This document shows, in pieces, positions 1 to 13,900 of a DNA stretch of 60,607 bases. Each line of letters starts with the position of its first letter. Position 1 is the first letter of the stretch. Below the pieces are notes generated by a model. It saw only the letters and a program-made list of their open reading frames with translations. It made no database searches and was not told where the DNA came from. The position numbers were made by a program, and so were the translations under genes. This stretch comes from Phoronis australis (lineage: Eukaryota > Animalia > Phoronida), in NCBI GenBank assembly GCA_002633005.1, contig NMRA01000852.1:60359-120965 (forward strand). Reading direction: 5' to 3'.

Positions 1-133
1 CCCCCCCCCCCCCCCGCTTCCTACGGCCCTGGTTAAGTACTTTGAAAGCCAATGTGGTCACGTGAAGATTGTGTCGAGTACACAGTGTGGGCCACTTGAG
101 GCTATTCAAAGCCTTAACATTATTGGATCCCTT

Positions 134-569
134 GTGCCCGGTTGCATGAAACAGTCCCAAATAGGGACTCAACTAAATTCCCTAAATCTTTTTTGTATTT
201 GTTTCGTTCTTTAGGCACAGATGTGATATGTTTTCTATAATTTTATCGTTATTGTGAGCTCTTCTTTGACTAATGACATTTTCTAATAATATAACTAAAA
301 ACTGAGTCCTTAATTCAATCAAAACAGTTAGGGATGTAGTCCTTAAATTGGGGGCGTTGCATAAAAAGATCCCTACTTATTTTCTATAATATTGAGAATT
401 CAATCCAGATTTCACTTTCGATTTGTATCAAATCCAAAAATTGGCTTAGTAATGATACTCAAACAGCATAAGATAGGACAATCGGTGTTTTCACAAGCCT
501 GCAAATAAGCAGTAGATTAAGGGACCTTAACTGAGTCCCTATTTGGGACTGTTTCATGCAACCGGGCAC
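134..569. mobile_element. MITE, PIF/Harbinger-like
   Basis: ~38-bp terminal inverted repeat GTGCCCGGTTGCATGAAACAGTCCCAAATAGGGACTCA / TGAGTCCCTATTTGGGACTGTTTCATGCAACCGGGCAC; no coding capacity. Superfamily inferred from the terminal sequence. Confidence 0.75.
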
Positions 570-3034
570 TGTAAACTCCAGTTAAAGTAACGCACCTTGG
601 TACTGTAATTTCTCCAAATGCTGGAGTGCACCAGACTGTTATATAATACCTCAATAATCAAGTTGTGGAAATATAAATATTTGAACAGAATGTGTAGAAT
701 TCAGATGATGAGAGACAAGCTTAAGTGGATTAATTCGTTTCTGAATTTTTTGTACGAGCTCCCGAAACTGAGGTGTGAACGAAAGTTTTTCATCTAACAC
801 TACATGTATACCAAGATGTCTATGCCACTGGATTCTAGGAATGATTTCATCGTTACGTTTAAGGTCATAGGATGGGTGCACAAAGAGGACAGAATTATAA
901 GATTTGGAGAAGGTGAGGTCAACGCTTTTTTATGGTTCAAATTTCAATCTCCATTCTTTGTGACCGATAGCTGACGTTATTCATGTCGTGTTGTAGTTGC
1001 AATGAACTCTCAGGGTTGCCCCCTTCAATGGGTCAAAATAGCGCCGTGTCCTCTGCACAAAGGTTGTGCTGCCTGACAGGTTATCAGGAAGGTCATTGAT
1101 ATAAACCAAGAAGAGAAAAGGGCCTAATACGTTAGCCTGCGGTAGACCTGCGTTTACAAACCCAAGAGGGGATGGTGTTGAAACAACACCGTCTACACGA
1201 TCACTGTATGTACGATCATAGAGATACATGTATGAGGTGATCATATTGATAGGATTCCCATAATTGCTATAGGATCAAAGTTTGTGGAGTAGACGGTGAT
1301 GAGGGACACAGTCCAATGCAGAGGCTACATCTAAGTGTAAATGGATCTCATGAACTATTTCAACAAGTTGTGCCACGGTGTTGTTTCCGGCAAAAATCCA
1401 AATTGATGATGATTAATCTAGTTGTTTTGCTTGAGAAATGCAAGAATAATTTGAGCAATGATTTTCTCCAAAATTTTGGATTGAGCGTTAAGTAAAGATA
1501 TTGAGCGATAATTAGAAGTTTCAGTTTTGGAGTCTTTTTGTGTATAGGGACCATAATTCCATGTTTCTAAGAAGACAGATATATACTTAGCTTAAGAGGT
1601 TTGTTAAATAGGTTGGTTAGAGGCATGGTAATTTCGTTTTCAATCATTTTGATCGTCCTGTTTGTAATAAAAGCTGTGCCATCATTTTTATTAGGGTCAA
1701 TTTCATGGAGGTACTTCCGGAGATTTGTTTGATTAGCCAGGGTATCAGACCGTTGATTGGGACAACGTTCTTGAAAAAGGGGAAAATTACTTACATCATT
1801 TGCTGCATTGTGGCTTTCGTTCGTGAAAAAAATTGAGAAGTAGTTCACACTTGTCACTGCTACTTCAGGCAAGGTTACCATTGCGGTTGATGAATGGGTA
1901 AAAGGATTATTGTTGATTACAGCGTATTTTATTGATAATATTCCATTATACTTTGGAGTTCTTGCTTACACTGTTAATTTGTGAAAAAATCTTTGGGCGG
2001 TGATCAGCTTTGGCGTGATTTACTAAAGTCTCTTTCAGGCGTGATGGCCCTTTTATCAGTTGTAGATTACAAAAGTGTTGTTAGATAGTCTGAACGAGCT
2101 GTAATGTGTGTTTCTTGTGCGGATTGCCCGTTTAATATTATTGTTGAACCATGGTTGGCTGCTGTATTTAATTATCTTTTTAGCTGATGTGACGGTTGTT
2201 GTTTAAAATGTCATAAGGAGTACCAGTGAAGAGTGAAACAGTGTCACCAATTTCTACGGTGTTCACTATGGTGTCCCAATCAGCGGTGAGGATATGCTGA
2301 CGCAGATTATATATGTCGACGTGATCATATTTCCATATGGTTCGTGTGCTGTTAGTGTGGTTTCAACTGTGTGGTGATCATAATTACCAACAGGAGGTAG
2401 TACAGAACACGATTCAGTGATACTCAAATAGTTTGTTATGCAGAGATCAATACACGATCGAGAAATGCCGGTCATGCGAGTTGACTCATTAATTAGCTGT
2501 ATGAAGTCATTCAAAAGTAAGATATCAAACAATCGTAGTCCGGCAGTATTGTCATGATCATCATTAAGCCATGTAGAATTTCGGGCATTAAAAGCGCCAT
2601 TCATCATAATTATACTACCGCTATTGCGGTTAAAGTCCGCTAACTGATTGGGTAGAGCTTTGAAGTAATGTTTTCTTTCAATGGGTGACTGAGTAATAAA
2701 ACACCTATATTACTGTAACCGAAATAAATTTCAATCCAGCAGTTGCAAAACTTAGGACAAGTTAAGCTAGGACATTATTTAAATATGAGTGTGTTTTTAG
2801 TGAACCAAAAGATGCCACGACCACTGTTACTGTGATAGGCTAAACTGTAACCTGAAATTATTACAGTAGTTCATTATCAAAGTTGTCTTTGGTAACATTA
2901 CAAGTTTCACAAAGGGCGACAATCATATTATCGTTGGACAGTGCAAACATTTTTAACAGTTGGAATCTGGAGAAATTGCTTGATTTGATGATATTAATGT
3001 TTGAAGACAATATTTTGATAGTAATATTGTCGCC

Positions 3035-3058
3035 AGGCCCAGGATTATCCTCAACATC
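3035..3058 (-). other. 2A-like motif DVEDNPG/P in LINE copy 1
   Basis: Reverse strand GAT GTT GAG GAT AAT CCT GGG CCT, preceded by LLAAA, at the same position relative to APE as in copy 2. Confidence 0.85.
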
Positions 3059-3208
3059 GGCAGCAGCTAACAGAAAGCAGGTGCAATAATGATTCCATAA
3101 TCCATGCACTAGATGTTATGTGAACAGACACGTCAGTAACCTGAACCTGTATAACATAATGTCTCATAGTATGCACTCCAGTCGAGAAGAATTGAGCTGA
3201 TACCATAC

Positions 3209-3677
3209 CACCCGTTCCAAACCCCGTAACACCATTCAAGAGTCTATTAAATGCAAACCGTTACGTGCTTTCAGCTCATTGTAATATATTACTACAATAC
3301 ATTATACACAGTAACACTCTTCAACTAGTCCTACATGCGTGTTACAGTGCGCTCCAGGATCAAGTCGACGTTAACTCTTGTTGCCAAGATTTTCGCTTAT
3401 ATTCAGCTTCGAGACTAGGGGCAATCTATATTTCTCGCTGAATTTACAAAATGGCAGTCTCAGATGAAAATACCGCTATCCCAGAACTCTTAGGTCTTGC
3501 GACTTCTCGTTGCTCAAAGAAAAGGCCGTCTCGTTGTGGGCACTGTAACACGCATGTAGGACTCGTTGAAGCTACGGTGTATAATGTATTGTAGTAATAT
3601 ATTACAATGAGCTGCAAGCATGTAACGGCTTGCATTTAATAGACTCTTGAATGGTGTTACGACGTTTGGAACGGGTG
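3209..3677. mobile_element. Fold-back MITE with ~140-bp TIRs (CACTA/EnSpm-like) inserted in LINE copy 1
   Basis: CACCCGTTCCAAA...TTTGGAACGGGTG; the arms stay complementary for ~140 bp (3209-3350 vs 3540-3677); 2-bp AC duplication on both sides; absent at the homologous site of LINE copy 2. Confidence 0.85.
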
Positions 3678-5076
3678 ACTACATGTATACAGGGAGAAAC
3701 ATTGTCAGACGAGAGTAACTCGCTCTACTCGAGGCACCCAATAAATGCTTATTGACAATTTAAAAGCGGTTAAAGGGGTAAGGTTGTCTGAACAAACAGG
3801 AGAGTCATTTTGAAACAACGAAATGATATCACGAGTTCGCTTACAGATATATAGATAACAAGTTAGTTTGATAGCACGACTTAAAAATTTAATCTTAGGA
3901 AACGAGTTAGTCGTGTTGTAGATGAATACAAAACACATATTTGTTTGAAAACGTAAGAAGGCAAATCAGATGATAATGATTGACCTAAAGATATGTACAA
4001 AGGAAAATGGCCAATTAATCAAAGACAAGAGAAAGTAAAAAAATAAGAGTATCAAAACACGCTGGAGAAAACAAAAATGAAGTATTGAAGATTCCCCACT
4101 ATGGATAACTTAGTTGTACCATATTTTAGAAAAAGTATGAGGCTATAAGTACGTACCAATATAGGCTATCCTGTAATGACAGATCAGCTGATGTGTTCAG
4201 TGTTGTCTAATGACTTGAAGTTCACATTCTCAAGGATTGGAACACCAGTTTTCATAGAAGTTATTTTAAGTTAAAGTACGGTGATAGACAACGCGCAATG
4301 TGAATTCTCTCGTGAAAATACGTGAGAAGTGTCAACACCACTGACAAAGGTAATGTACAGAATCAAAATAACTAGCAATTTCATATGCAGTTGGCCACAG
4401 ACAAAATCAAAATTCTGCGAAACACGTCAGTCAGAAAGCCACAGACTGCCACTAAGTAGCTCACACACAAGAATCAAAGTCCTATGTTAGTATATCTTGC
4501 AATGTCTGTTGGTGTCACACAACCAAAAAAATGTGGGTAATAAATGTATCAGTTGTCACCGCAGTCTCAAAACAACCAAAAATACCAATTTTAAGACAGT
4601 ATGTAGGCCGTTGCAAAGGAACTGTATTACATTTAGGTAACGTTAGAGGAAACCATAAGAAGCAATAAACAGCAAAAATTGTGCCCCAAACATGAATTCC
4701 TGGCATTGTCGTTGTCTGAGGTCAGTAAGCCGTTGTGATCACTGCGGAACTGGATAAAGTACAGCAACACTGGTAGGAAGATAACTTGAGAGTGAATTGG
4801 TATTGCATACATGTAAGGGAGAAAACCGGCAAGACATGGGGGTGGAGCGGGAGGTGATAAGAGTATACAAACAATATGATGGATGCCGATACGGAGTAAT
4901 TAGACGCAAAGAGAAAGGCCTCACAACCAATTGGGTTATGAACAACAATAGGACAAACGAGCTGGAAATAATTTAAACGTCACAGTTTTCCAACGCTAGA
5001 GTCACTCTTAGAGGAAACCCGTTTGATCCTGTTATCATGCGGCTGTACGATTATGTTACTTAATGCAAATCATCTG

Positions 5077-6156
5077 GACTGGGTTGCATAAAACTTTAAA
5101 ATTATCTGCTGGATAAATTTTATTCTTGCATGACGTCAGGTGCATTGTTCAACAATAACAACGTGATGCGTCAGTAATAATGCGACGTCGTTGTTGCTAT
5201 CATACGGCGTATCACTGGGGCAACTGGGCCCTGTAGACTAAACGCATAAGCAATGCTAGAAAGGATAGACCAGTTCTGAATGTAACAGTGGGGAAACTGA
5301 TTGGCAAAGCTTTGGTCTCGAGATCTTTAGGTGCGGCCGCCTGGCTTAGCACTGAACACGACGGTCCTAAAATAATTCAGTTGCTAAATGTTCTTAAGTC
5401 GTCTGAAGGGATTCAAACGCTACACGAACAACTGGTAATACATGTAGCTGTCTTGCGGCGAGAAAAAATCCAGTCAAAGTCAGCTGCTCTCATGGAAAAT
5501 ATACGGCAAAATCTCGAGTAATCTCGCGAATTCTTCCATTTTAGCGAGGTCCTAGTAGTGAGGTACTACGCGTTTCTGAACTTCATACAGGATTAGCTAT
5601 GAGACAAGATCAAAGTAAAAGGATGCAGCAACCAACCAATGGACTTGAAGAAACAGGTGTTAAGCTGAGTGACACCATATATGCAGATCGTCTGGAACAG
5701 TATTATCGAAAATAATAATGTTGTAATCGATCGTATTATTTGCAGAAGAATGAAAAAATAAGGGTGACAGGGAGCGACTGATGTAAATCTTGGCCAAGAA
5801 CTAAGAATTGAAATGACCATCATTCGTCCCTCACCTTTTCTCGTGATGTCCTGTTATTCGTTCGTGAAATAGTTTCCCGCATGTCCCCCATGTGAAGTCG
5901 CCATTTCTGGACTTTCTCTGAAGCTGGACTGGTTGATTGTAAGCCTCACAGCTTGACAGCACATTGTAAGTAAGCTACACTCCGTGAAACCTAACTAGTG
6001 AACCTGGGCAAAGCTGCATAAAAGTTATACCCTGCGTAGGAACAATGACGTTGCGTTATCACGCGCCACGTTATTATTGTTGAACAATGAATCTGACGTC
6101 ATGCAACAACCAAACGTATCAAGAGGATAATTTTAAACTTTTATGCAAACTCAGCC
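5077..6156. mobile_element. Non-autonomous TIR element, Harbinger-like
   Basis: GACTGGGTTGCATAAAACTTTAAAATTATC... / ...GATAATTTTAAACTTTTATGCAAACTCAGCC, ~120-bp imperfect TIRs, flanked by CTG/CAG. Confidence 0.65.
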
Positions 6157-7167
6157 CAGGGCTATGGATTGTACAGTAGTTTACTTATAACAGTCGGCAC
6201 TAGTTTTACTCTTGCAGGGTGCATTTAACTGCTTTCCTAGATAGCCTTTTTGAATGGATTATTTTTGGCCTTCCATGAGTCAGGCGTACAGTACGATGAA
6301 GCAGTATCGAGTTGGCTAGTACGGTTAGAGCCAAAGTTCTTGGGCGGTATAATGTTTGTGCTTTACATGTAACTTGCAATTTTGGCGAGTTTGGTCCCCT
6401 TGGTTACCGTAATAAATGCCTTTATCCTAACCTACTTAATAAACACTTAATAAACGGTGCGCCTAACTTAACACCTTGCAGAAACTTACATCTTTGCTAA
6501 AATTTTCGGGACTCCTACCCAATTCACCATTACGTAAGGCACGTGCGTATTTCCCAAGAGAGCATCAGAATGACGTTTTCTTCATTTTCGCCGACGTTGG
6601 AAAGCTCGGACAGTGTTGTGTTGGACACTACCACTTGCGAAACGTGTCGCTTAATATCTGTTAATACTGTCTAGAGTTCCTTCATCCATGTGTGTTCAAA
6701 CATTTTCGTTTTAAGGTCAGTAGTGAGAATGTTATGATGGATGGTCTTTTTGATAATGTGGGCTAAAGTACATCGGTCCTTAACTGCAGTTGACAAGATG
6801 AATGTTCAGATAGTTATAGTTCAAATTTTTATGCGCCCACATATTGATATGCGGGTGCATTAGGTCGTCATCCCTGTCCGCCAGGCATCGTGCGGCGTCC
6901 GTCATTATTGCATGTCCCAGATACCCGGACGCAGGGGTCTTCGGGAAATTTTGTTGATATGAACATTTGTAGGTGGCAAAGCATCAGCAAATTTCGGACA
7001 TATTTGAATACCGATTTTCACACTAGTGGCGCTTGTTTACTTTACACTTGCCTTTGCAGCTTCAAAATTTCTTAACCCATTTTCATTAAATCTGGCAAAA
7101 TAATAAGCATATATTAGGGAGATGGCGCCATTTTCTCGTTTCTGGGTTATTCGACATTTTTGTTATT

Positions 7168-7242
7168 ATTTATTTATTATTGTGATATTTAAAATGAGGG
7201 TGGCCTCTTCAGTGATAGCACTGCTTTCCAAGAGGGCCCTCA
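7168..7242 (-). repeat. Short retroelement-like 3' end (stem-loop + (TAAA)n tail), copy A
   Basis: Near-identical reverse complement of 17355-17431. Confidence 0.6.
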
Positions 7243-8904
7243 TTAACTTTCCAATCGCATTTTCATAACAAATTGGCAAGTAGGTTTCTGTTGAAAAGAT
7301 GACAACACGTGTCCATTTTCAAATGGATTTAAATTATTGCACGTTGTCTTACGGTCACTTGTTATTGCTTTATCATGGTTTGTGGCGTCAGTACTTCCAC
7401 ATCACTCTAAAGTCACTGTAAAAACTTGGCAACTGTCATACGCGTTTCTTTTCGAAAGTACATTGCAGAAGAAAATTGATTCTCTTTGGTGGTAAACACG
7501 TGTGTCATTCTAATTAACCGGAAGTTATGCCTCTTTGAGTAGAATAAATTCAAATACAGAAGACAACAAGGTATTCTTTTGTAAACGTGTTATTGATTTG
7601 CGTCGGTTTTATTGTTGTTGTTGATTTGTAATGCATTTTTCAGTTTGGCACATACACAATATGCATGTTGCCGGGTCAGTGTTTCGTTAATGGTGGGTAT
7701 CGTACATGTACGACCACAGACGTTAGAGTGCAATTACAATCGCTTTAACCATTCAACTCGCACAATCATATACGATGTTTCTTTGCCCTTTGAATGCTGC
7801 ATTTTGCAAACATTATACTTTATCACCTCACATATTGACCGCTTGTGGCGCTCACAGTTCAACAGCTAAAGATTTTTCCTTTAAAATAACGTAAATCATA
7901 CTTTTGGAAATCTTCAATTAATCAAGTTGCTTGTGACTTTCATGTCCAAGCTATTGGTTTAACTATTGATACCACTTTCATTTTATGCTAGTTTCTCATT
8001 TAGTTCATTACACCTCTTAAATTCCGTATACTTCAAAATCATCACCTTATCAACATTCATGCATGTATTGGTTAACTGATATTTCCATGGCACAGCAGCC
8101 TCGTGACTATAGCTTATAATGTTTTACACATTAGTTTGTCTCTGATTTTTACTTTACCTTTTAAGTTTACTCTGATGTAAATGTATCATTTTGAGAGTGT
8201 ATAAAATCAGGCAAGCACCATTTAGTAATCATGGTGAATGAAAATAATCACGAATCATCTAGATGTTAGACGAAATCACGTGTGAAAGGGCAGTTTTTCA
8301 TTTCTTATACATGTAGTTCTCAAACAGTTCAGAGTTTGGACAGACCGTTGAGGGAAACCATACAGACCGTTGTTTTATTCCCCCAAGAGTAAAGCCGTGG
8401 AACTTTGAAATGATGTGTGCTTGCTTGCAATCAAGTTAAATTATGTTTACTTCTACGTTGACTTGTGTATCTAATTCGACTTTCTACTTTCAGAAATGTG
8501 CAGTTTTACTAAGTTAAATTGTCTAGTTTCACAGACATTTGGCTAATTAAGCAGACCTAAGTTAATAAGATGCTATTTAACCCTAAAAGGGCATTGTATT
8601 AAATAAATGCAACAATTAATCGGTTCTAACATACAACTAAATCTCACATTTGCACGAGTTGCGCACTAAACAAAAGCTCATTCATAGTTATTGTCAAAAG
8701 AGCGAGATCCTGACAGCGGTCATGACTGGCTGATGCCAGTGACGTGGCAAGTGGGGCCTCGACTGCTTATCACATCATAGACTATAGAAAACAAGTATCT
8801 ATGATCACATACATGTAATTGGAAGCGTTTACACATCGTATTTTATCGTTGTATCAGCCGTTCTTATTTGTTTCTGTTTGCCGCCATGCTGTAAAAGGTT
8901 CGCC

Positions 8905-9060
8905 ATGCCTTTTTGTATGGCTCCTGGTTGTTCGAAGTCCTCAAAAAGTGTCTTTTGAGTGGATGGTATTCGCATTCCATCGATTACCCTAGCCTTGGAA
9001 GAAAGCTATATACTAAATAATTATACAGGTTGGCGCCGGTATGGGTAAAACATGTAAAAA
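8905..9060 (+). pseudogene. THAP-domain relic
   Basis: MPFCMAPGCSKS...(frameshift) AFHRLP...VWVKHVK fits the N-terminus of a THAP zinc finger; stop and frameshifts present. Confidence 0.5.
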
Positions 9061-9526
9061 TAAAATCTGACTCTAAATTAGTGTCATAAAAACTGACCTC
9101 TTCCTTGATTAATCTAACTTAGGCCTATTTACCGGTGTTGAAAATTTAGCGTTCTGTTGCTGAAATTGTGATGTGTTCATTTATTATGTAAGCCAACACC
9201 GCGTGTACTCTTGAGTCGGCTTTTGGCATTTACATGTACGTCACTTGACCTCGACCAGTTTCTTTTCCCCCGATTCTTTTATCAACTGTTCTTCGCTGCC
9301 GGCACAAGACTGAGTACATGTCACAAAAAATTGTCGGGTCTTGTCTCATTTTGTTACAAGTTTTTAGTATTTTAAAACCAGCAAACCGAGTTTTAGAACA
9401 AACCTTACAGCTGCGAAGCTGTCATCATCTCCTGAAAGTCGTCGCAAATTTTAAGAATTGGCGCGTACGCCTTGTCACGAGCGTGCTGTTTTTGAAACGG
9501 ACGACACTTTTCTTTGTTACCACAGC

Positions 9527-10640
9527 CACAGGCGCTTAGGTTTATCGCAAATGACGTCACTCAATAATATATATAAGAAAACATAAAGGTTGGACACTTA
9601 AACGTTGCCAAGCCGAGGCTCCCAACTTCAACAGTCCAAAATCCAAATAAAATCTGCGTGCACCTCCCTCAGCCTGGTGTTGCATAAACCTTCGAAGCCT
9701 TATCTTTCCTAGATCCCATTAACTGTCTTCGTGAGTGGTGAATTGGCAATGGAATTTCTAAAACTCTGAATTCAAGGACCTGAAATAGTAAACATGGCGG
9801 ATTTCAGTTGTGCTTCAACTTGTACGCCTGTCGTAGGTGAAATTTCGAGTTTGAGCAAGCAACCTACATTGTATATTTCAAATTCAATAATTCTAATTCA
9901 AAACTCAACTAATTGAGAATGTTAAAGTTAGTATTTTTATTTTTAATGATTATTTGTAACTTTATTCCACTGACGGCTCATTTTAGTCCTTAACTTAGAA
10001 TTTTATTACATAAACTGGCGTATCTTGTTTGTCATCTTGACATTACGCACTTTTTTGATTGAAGCACCGAACAACACACACTCGGCCAGGAAACGCAGTC
10101 CGTGCAAGTTTTACAATGCGCGTGGCCGACGAGTCAACTCAATGGTTTTGGCCAAAAGTAAAACCTTCATAAGAAATCACAGTACACAAAAAACTTCGCA
10201 TATCAATACAGTATCAGGATAATTTATATTTGACACAAATATGTGAGTAATAAGATTTATTAGCAATAAAGTGTTCTCTGCTTCTCATGATCAAGTAGTC
10301 GAGGGATAGACGATGAAAGCCGGATTTAGCTCGGGAGCGTCCGTCAAAAACCCGTGTGCGAAGACCGTCTGCCATGACATCACGGAATCATTTCCATGAA
10401 TTTGTGATTTTGGCATTCTTTTGGCATTTTTGTCGCCAAATCACCACTCGACAGCAATTTGAAGAGATCGAATGGAAGAAAGTATTCTAAAAGTTGTCCG
10501 ATGCTAGTTTCGTGGAGTTCCATGCACATTTGAGTAGAAAATTCTGAGCAAACAGATTTCGAGTGTCCAACCTTTATGTTTTCTTATGTACAGTGTATAT
10601 TATTGAGTGACGTCATTTGCGATAAACCCAAGCGCCTGTG
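9527..10640. repeat. ~70-bp inverted repeat pair enclosing ~960 bp (probable degenerate TIR element)
   Basis: CAGGCGCTTAGGTTTATCGCAAATGACGTCACTCAATAATAT...AAAGGTTGGACACT (9527-9598) is the reverse complement of 10562-10640 apart from a small insertion. Confidence 0.7.
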
Positions 10641-10748
10641 TTTGTTACAAAAGGCGGCGAATCACTCTATAAAATGACGTTTGTTTAGTTGTTTTCCACT
10701 TAAACGGCTGCAACAAACAATGTGGGTGTCGGTTGACTACCAGGTTTT

Positions 10749-10912
10749 GCATGTACCCCCGCCGGTCCGTTAGCTCTACGTGTTGATGCAAGTTTTACAA
10801 GTTGACCAGCATAAGTTAAAAATGTAACTACACCCGGGTAGCAAACGGGCTGTGTGAAATTGTGAGATCTAAAGAGCTCAACACACACTGCTACGATAGT
10901 CTTCATGCAGCT
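10749..10912 (+). repeat. Dispersed repeat, homologous to ~33858-33994
   Basis: Shared GCATG..CCCCGCCGGTC..TAGCTCTAC.TGTTGAT..AAGTTT...GAGCTCAA...CTTCAT.CAGC. Confidence 0.55.
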
Positions 10913-13900
10913 ATAGTCGGTAACTAACCAACACTTCAAGTTTACAGAGCTAAGTATTGGCTGAAAGTGGCTGGCTGGATGGCTAGAGTCCAGACTGTGC
11001 CCACTCACACCAGTGTAAATTGTTGATACGGACTGGTTGCACTGGCAAATTTTCGGCTGGTGATGACGCTGACTGAGTATCGCATAATTTGTGTTGCCTC
11101 AGCTCAAACAGGTATCCCTGGTGACCCGACATTCCACACTAAAATTTCTTATTCCGACAATTTGAAGATCGCCTATTGACTGCACGCTAAAATAGGACAC
11201 TGACTTTACCCCACCAAATACGCCACAAAAACAGCGCTCCAAGCGGGTGATATTTTAGCTTCGTTAGAGAATATAAGTTTACTTTTTACTGTTGAATGAT
11301 TTGCGAAATTAATCAACAACTCATAGAAAAACATGCAAAATTTATTCAGAATAAAATACAGTTCCCTTTAAAACTTGTTTCGACTTGGTTAAAAATGGGG
11401 TTTTCAAAACCCCACCATGACTGATCTAAAATATGCTATATATTTTCATTTTGAATGACCATGAACCTTTCTTCCTAAACTACACGTACATGTAGAGTAT
11501 TACGCAATACATTCTTTTCAAGCCCAGCCTCATACAAAATCACGACACTCAGCCTATTCATGCCTGTCTTTTCCACCGACAGGACTCTGGTAAGTACACA
11601 AACAACGCTTGTTCTTCTATGCATACACATGTAAGAGTATTATGTTCGTTTCTGGTCCGTTGAAGACAAGGTTGTTTATAGTTTCCTGACCAATGCACCT
11701 AGTCTAATACTAGCAACAATAGATTTTAAATAAAAAGAGGCCTTCTTAAGTTTGCTAAGTTTCTCAAAAAAGCGATAATCTCAAACCTGAAAGCATTTGA
11801 CGAATTTCCAGGCTACAAATTGAAGATCTGAACGATCGTTCCTGTCAACGGTGGTGAAAACGAAGATAGGTATTGGTATACATTTCAATGTAGATAAAAA
11901 TGAAATGTTATGCTTTAAACGTATTGATGCAAGAATGCTCATGTTAATTCTACAGTGTCCATGTGCGGAAAGCGTAGTATTCCGGCAGTACCACAGAACG
12001 TCTTTTTGGTCTCAGTATGGTGCAACACGTATTTATTGGGCTATGGGGCTGGATACAATACTTCAGATTATGTTGTCGTATAAAGAAAGGATTCTCTTCT
12101 TCCTTTGTTGCCGGATCTGTTTTTTTTTTTTTTTAAGTCGAAAATGGGTACCTGTGGTACAGAAGCAGTAAGCCTTGCAGTGTGAGCTTTAACGACTAAT
12201 TAATGCTTGTACCTCAATCTATCTTTTAAAACAATCAATTCTCCGTAAGTGGTCAAACCACAGCGCTCATTTGCTCTGGGACAGAATGATGACAAGAGTT
12301 GGTGACTTTTACGCGCTAACTTAATAAAGCGTTTTGCTCCACAAAGGGACATTTTTGCAACTCTTCCTAGGATCACTAATCACCTCCCTTTTTATCCCAC
12401 ATCTGTGTGAATACGGCCATGGAATACGCCACGGGTTATAAGAAGTACAGCCAATCCGAATTCCATAGTCGCGCTGTATTTCAACGTTGGAGTACAAACT
12501 CCTGGTGGAGTACATTTGCACGACGTAAATTTGACTGCTTGTATCCCTTTGGGTCACCTAAACATTCATTCAAGACCGTGTTTCTGATAAGGCAGTTTCA
12601 GTACTCAAAAATAGAAATTTTCAACAATGAAAATTCAGAGGCACGGCGATCAGGCCGTTATTTTTAAGCTTGGTCGTCTGAAATACGCCAATTGCCTCCA
12701 TAACGTCTCTAACAAAATCGGGCAAAAACCTTTTAAAATCAAACAAAAGCGTTTTGATATGAATGCATACATTAATTTTACACTGAGAATTAAGATATCA
12801 ACAGCAAACTGCGATGTGACATCGATTACGTATTTTTTACCACAGCCTTCCTCGGCTCTCCTTCTATCGCTTTTAGCGTGAAGTCTGCTTTTCAAGATAA
12901 AGTGCCCTCAAGTCACTTGAATCAGCCACCTCACTAAACAGGGTTTCCATCTTCATTTTCAGGTGCTGTGATCAACGGACAAGATGTTTCTATCACTATT
13001 TCCATTCCACAAAAATCCAGAATGAGAAAACCAAAAAGAATTATGGAAGCTAAAGCGACAGGTCACTGCACAACTGTTTAGTTAACGTTTCAAATTTGTT
13101 TAACTGGGTGGATTGTTTCTAAGTTTCCGACGAACTTGCTTCTGAATGGTTTGTTGTTTAACGTTTATACAGTGTATTTCACAAACTGAAAATTCGTGAT
13201 GATTATTATGAAATAAAACTTTCCGAGTTTTTCAATAGTAAAAGACTTCACGAAACAGGTTTTAAAATAAATAACTTCAGTTGAAGCTTAACTCCAAGTA
13301 CATGTAAAGGTCATTCAACACAAATCCAAATATTTTCACACTTAACTGAATTTAATGATTTTTCTGCATTATGTTGGTGGTGCACCACCACCTAGAATGG
13401 CTACCGTAGTTAGTCAGTTGACTTACTTTGATGTCTCACTTCAGTTTCTTTATATGTAATACAGTTTCCGAGGAAACCCAATTCACTTTAAAAATGTCAT
13501 TACTATTAGTAAAATGAGGCAACAACAAACAGGGATAAAAGTTACGAAATATTTACATTTTAGTGGTATCTTTCGACTGACGAAACTGATACTATGTTCT
13601 AAATTGCATGTATCGAAAAGTTGGGTCGGAGCTCTTAACTTCAAGGCAATATTGTCAGAAAAGCGATTTTTGGCCGCAAATCGATAATGCCCTTTAATTA
13701 AATTCATCCGATCACCACACCGACAAACCAGTGATCCTGTACAGTTAGCCAAGTATAGCATAAAGGGTGTTTTTTGGATTTCTGCTACTGTACTAATGAG
13801 ATGCGCCAATACTGCACTGAGAAGCACCAGGCCCGTTTACGGAATAGTGAGTGCTATCACGTTTCCTGGTGAGGGACCAGTTTCTCACTTTGAAGGAGAG

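Larger units (their letters stand above)
570..5060 (-). mobile_element. Decayed copy of the same CR1/L2-group LINE (copy 1): end of ORF1, spacer, 2A, APE, RT; 3' end missing
   Basis: Fragments LLAAADVEDNPGP, IVALCET, GAFNARN, VGNYDHH, EITMPLTNLFN, GLPQANVLGPFLFLVYINDLP and HRHLGI are colinear with 54240-57148 on the opposite strand, with many frameshifts and stops. Confidence 0.9.

Noticed and set aside
6826-7150. Helentron/HINE-like relic (T-run, short palindrome, TCCG repeats)
   Set aside because: Resemblance only; no second copy or diagnostic end in the window.
8585-13695. One 5-kb Kolobok element bounded by AAAGGGCATT/AATGCCCTTT
   Set aside because: Only a 10-bp match with an imperfect left TTAA; cannot be distinguished from chance.
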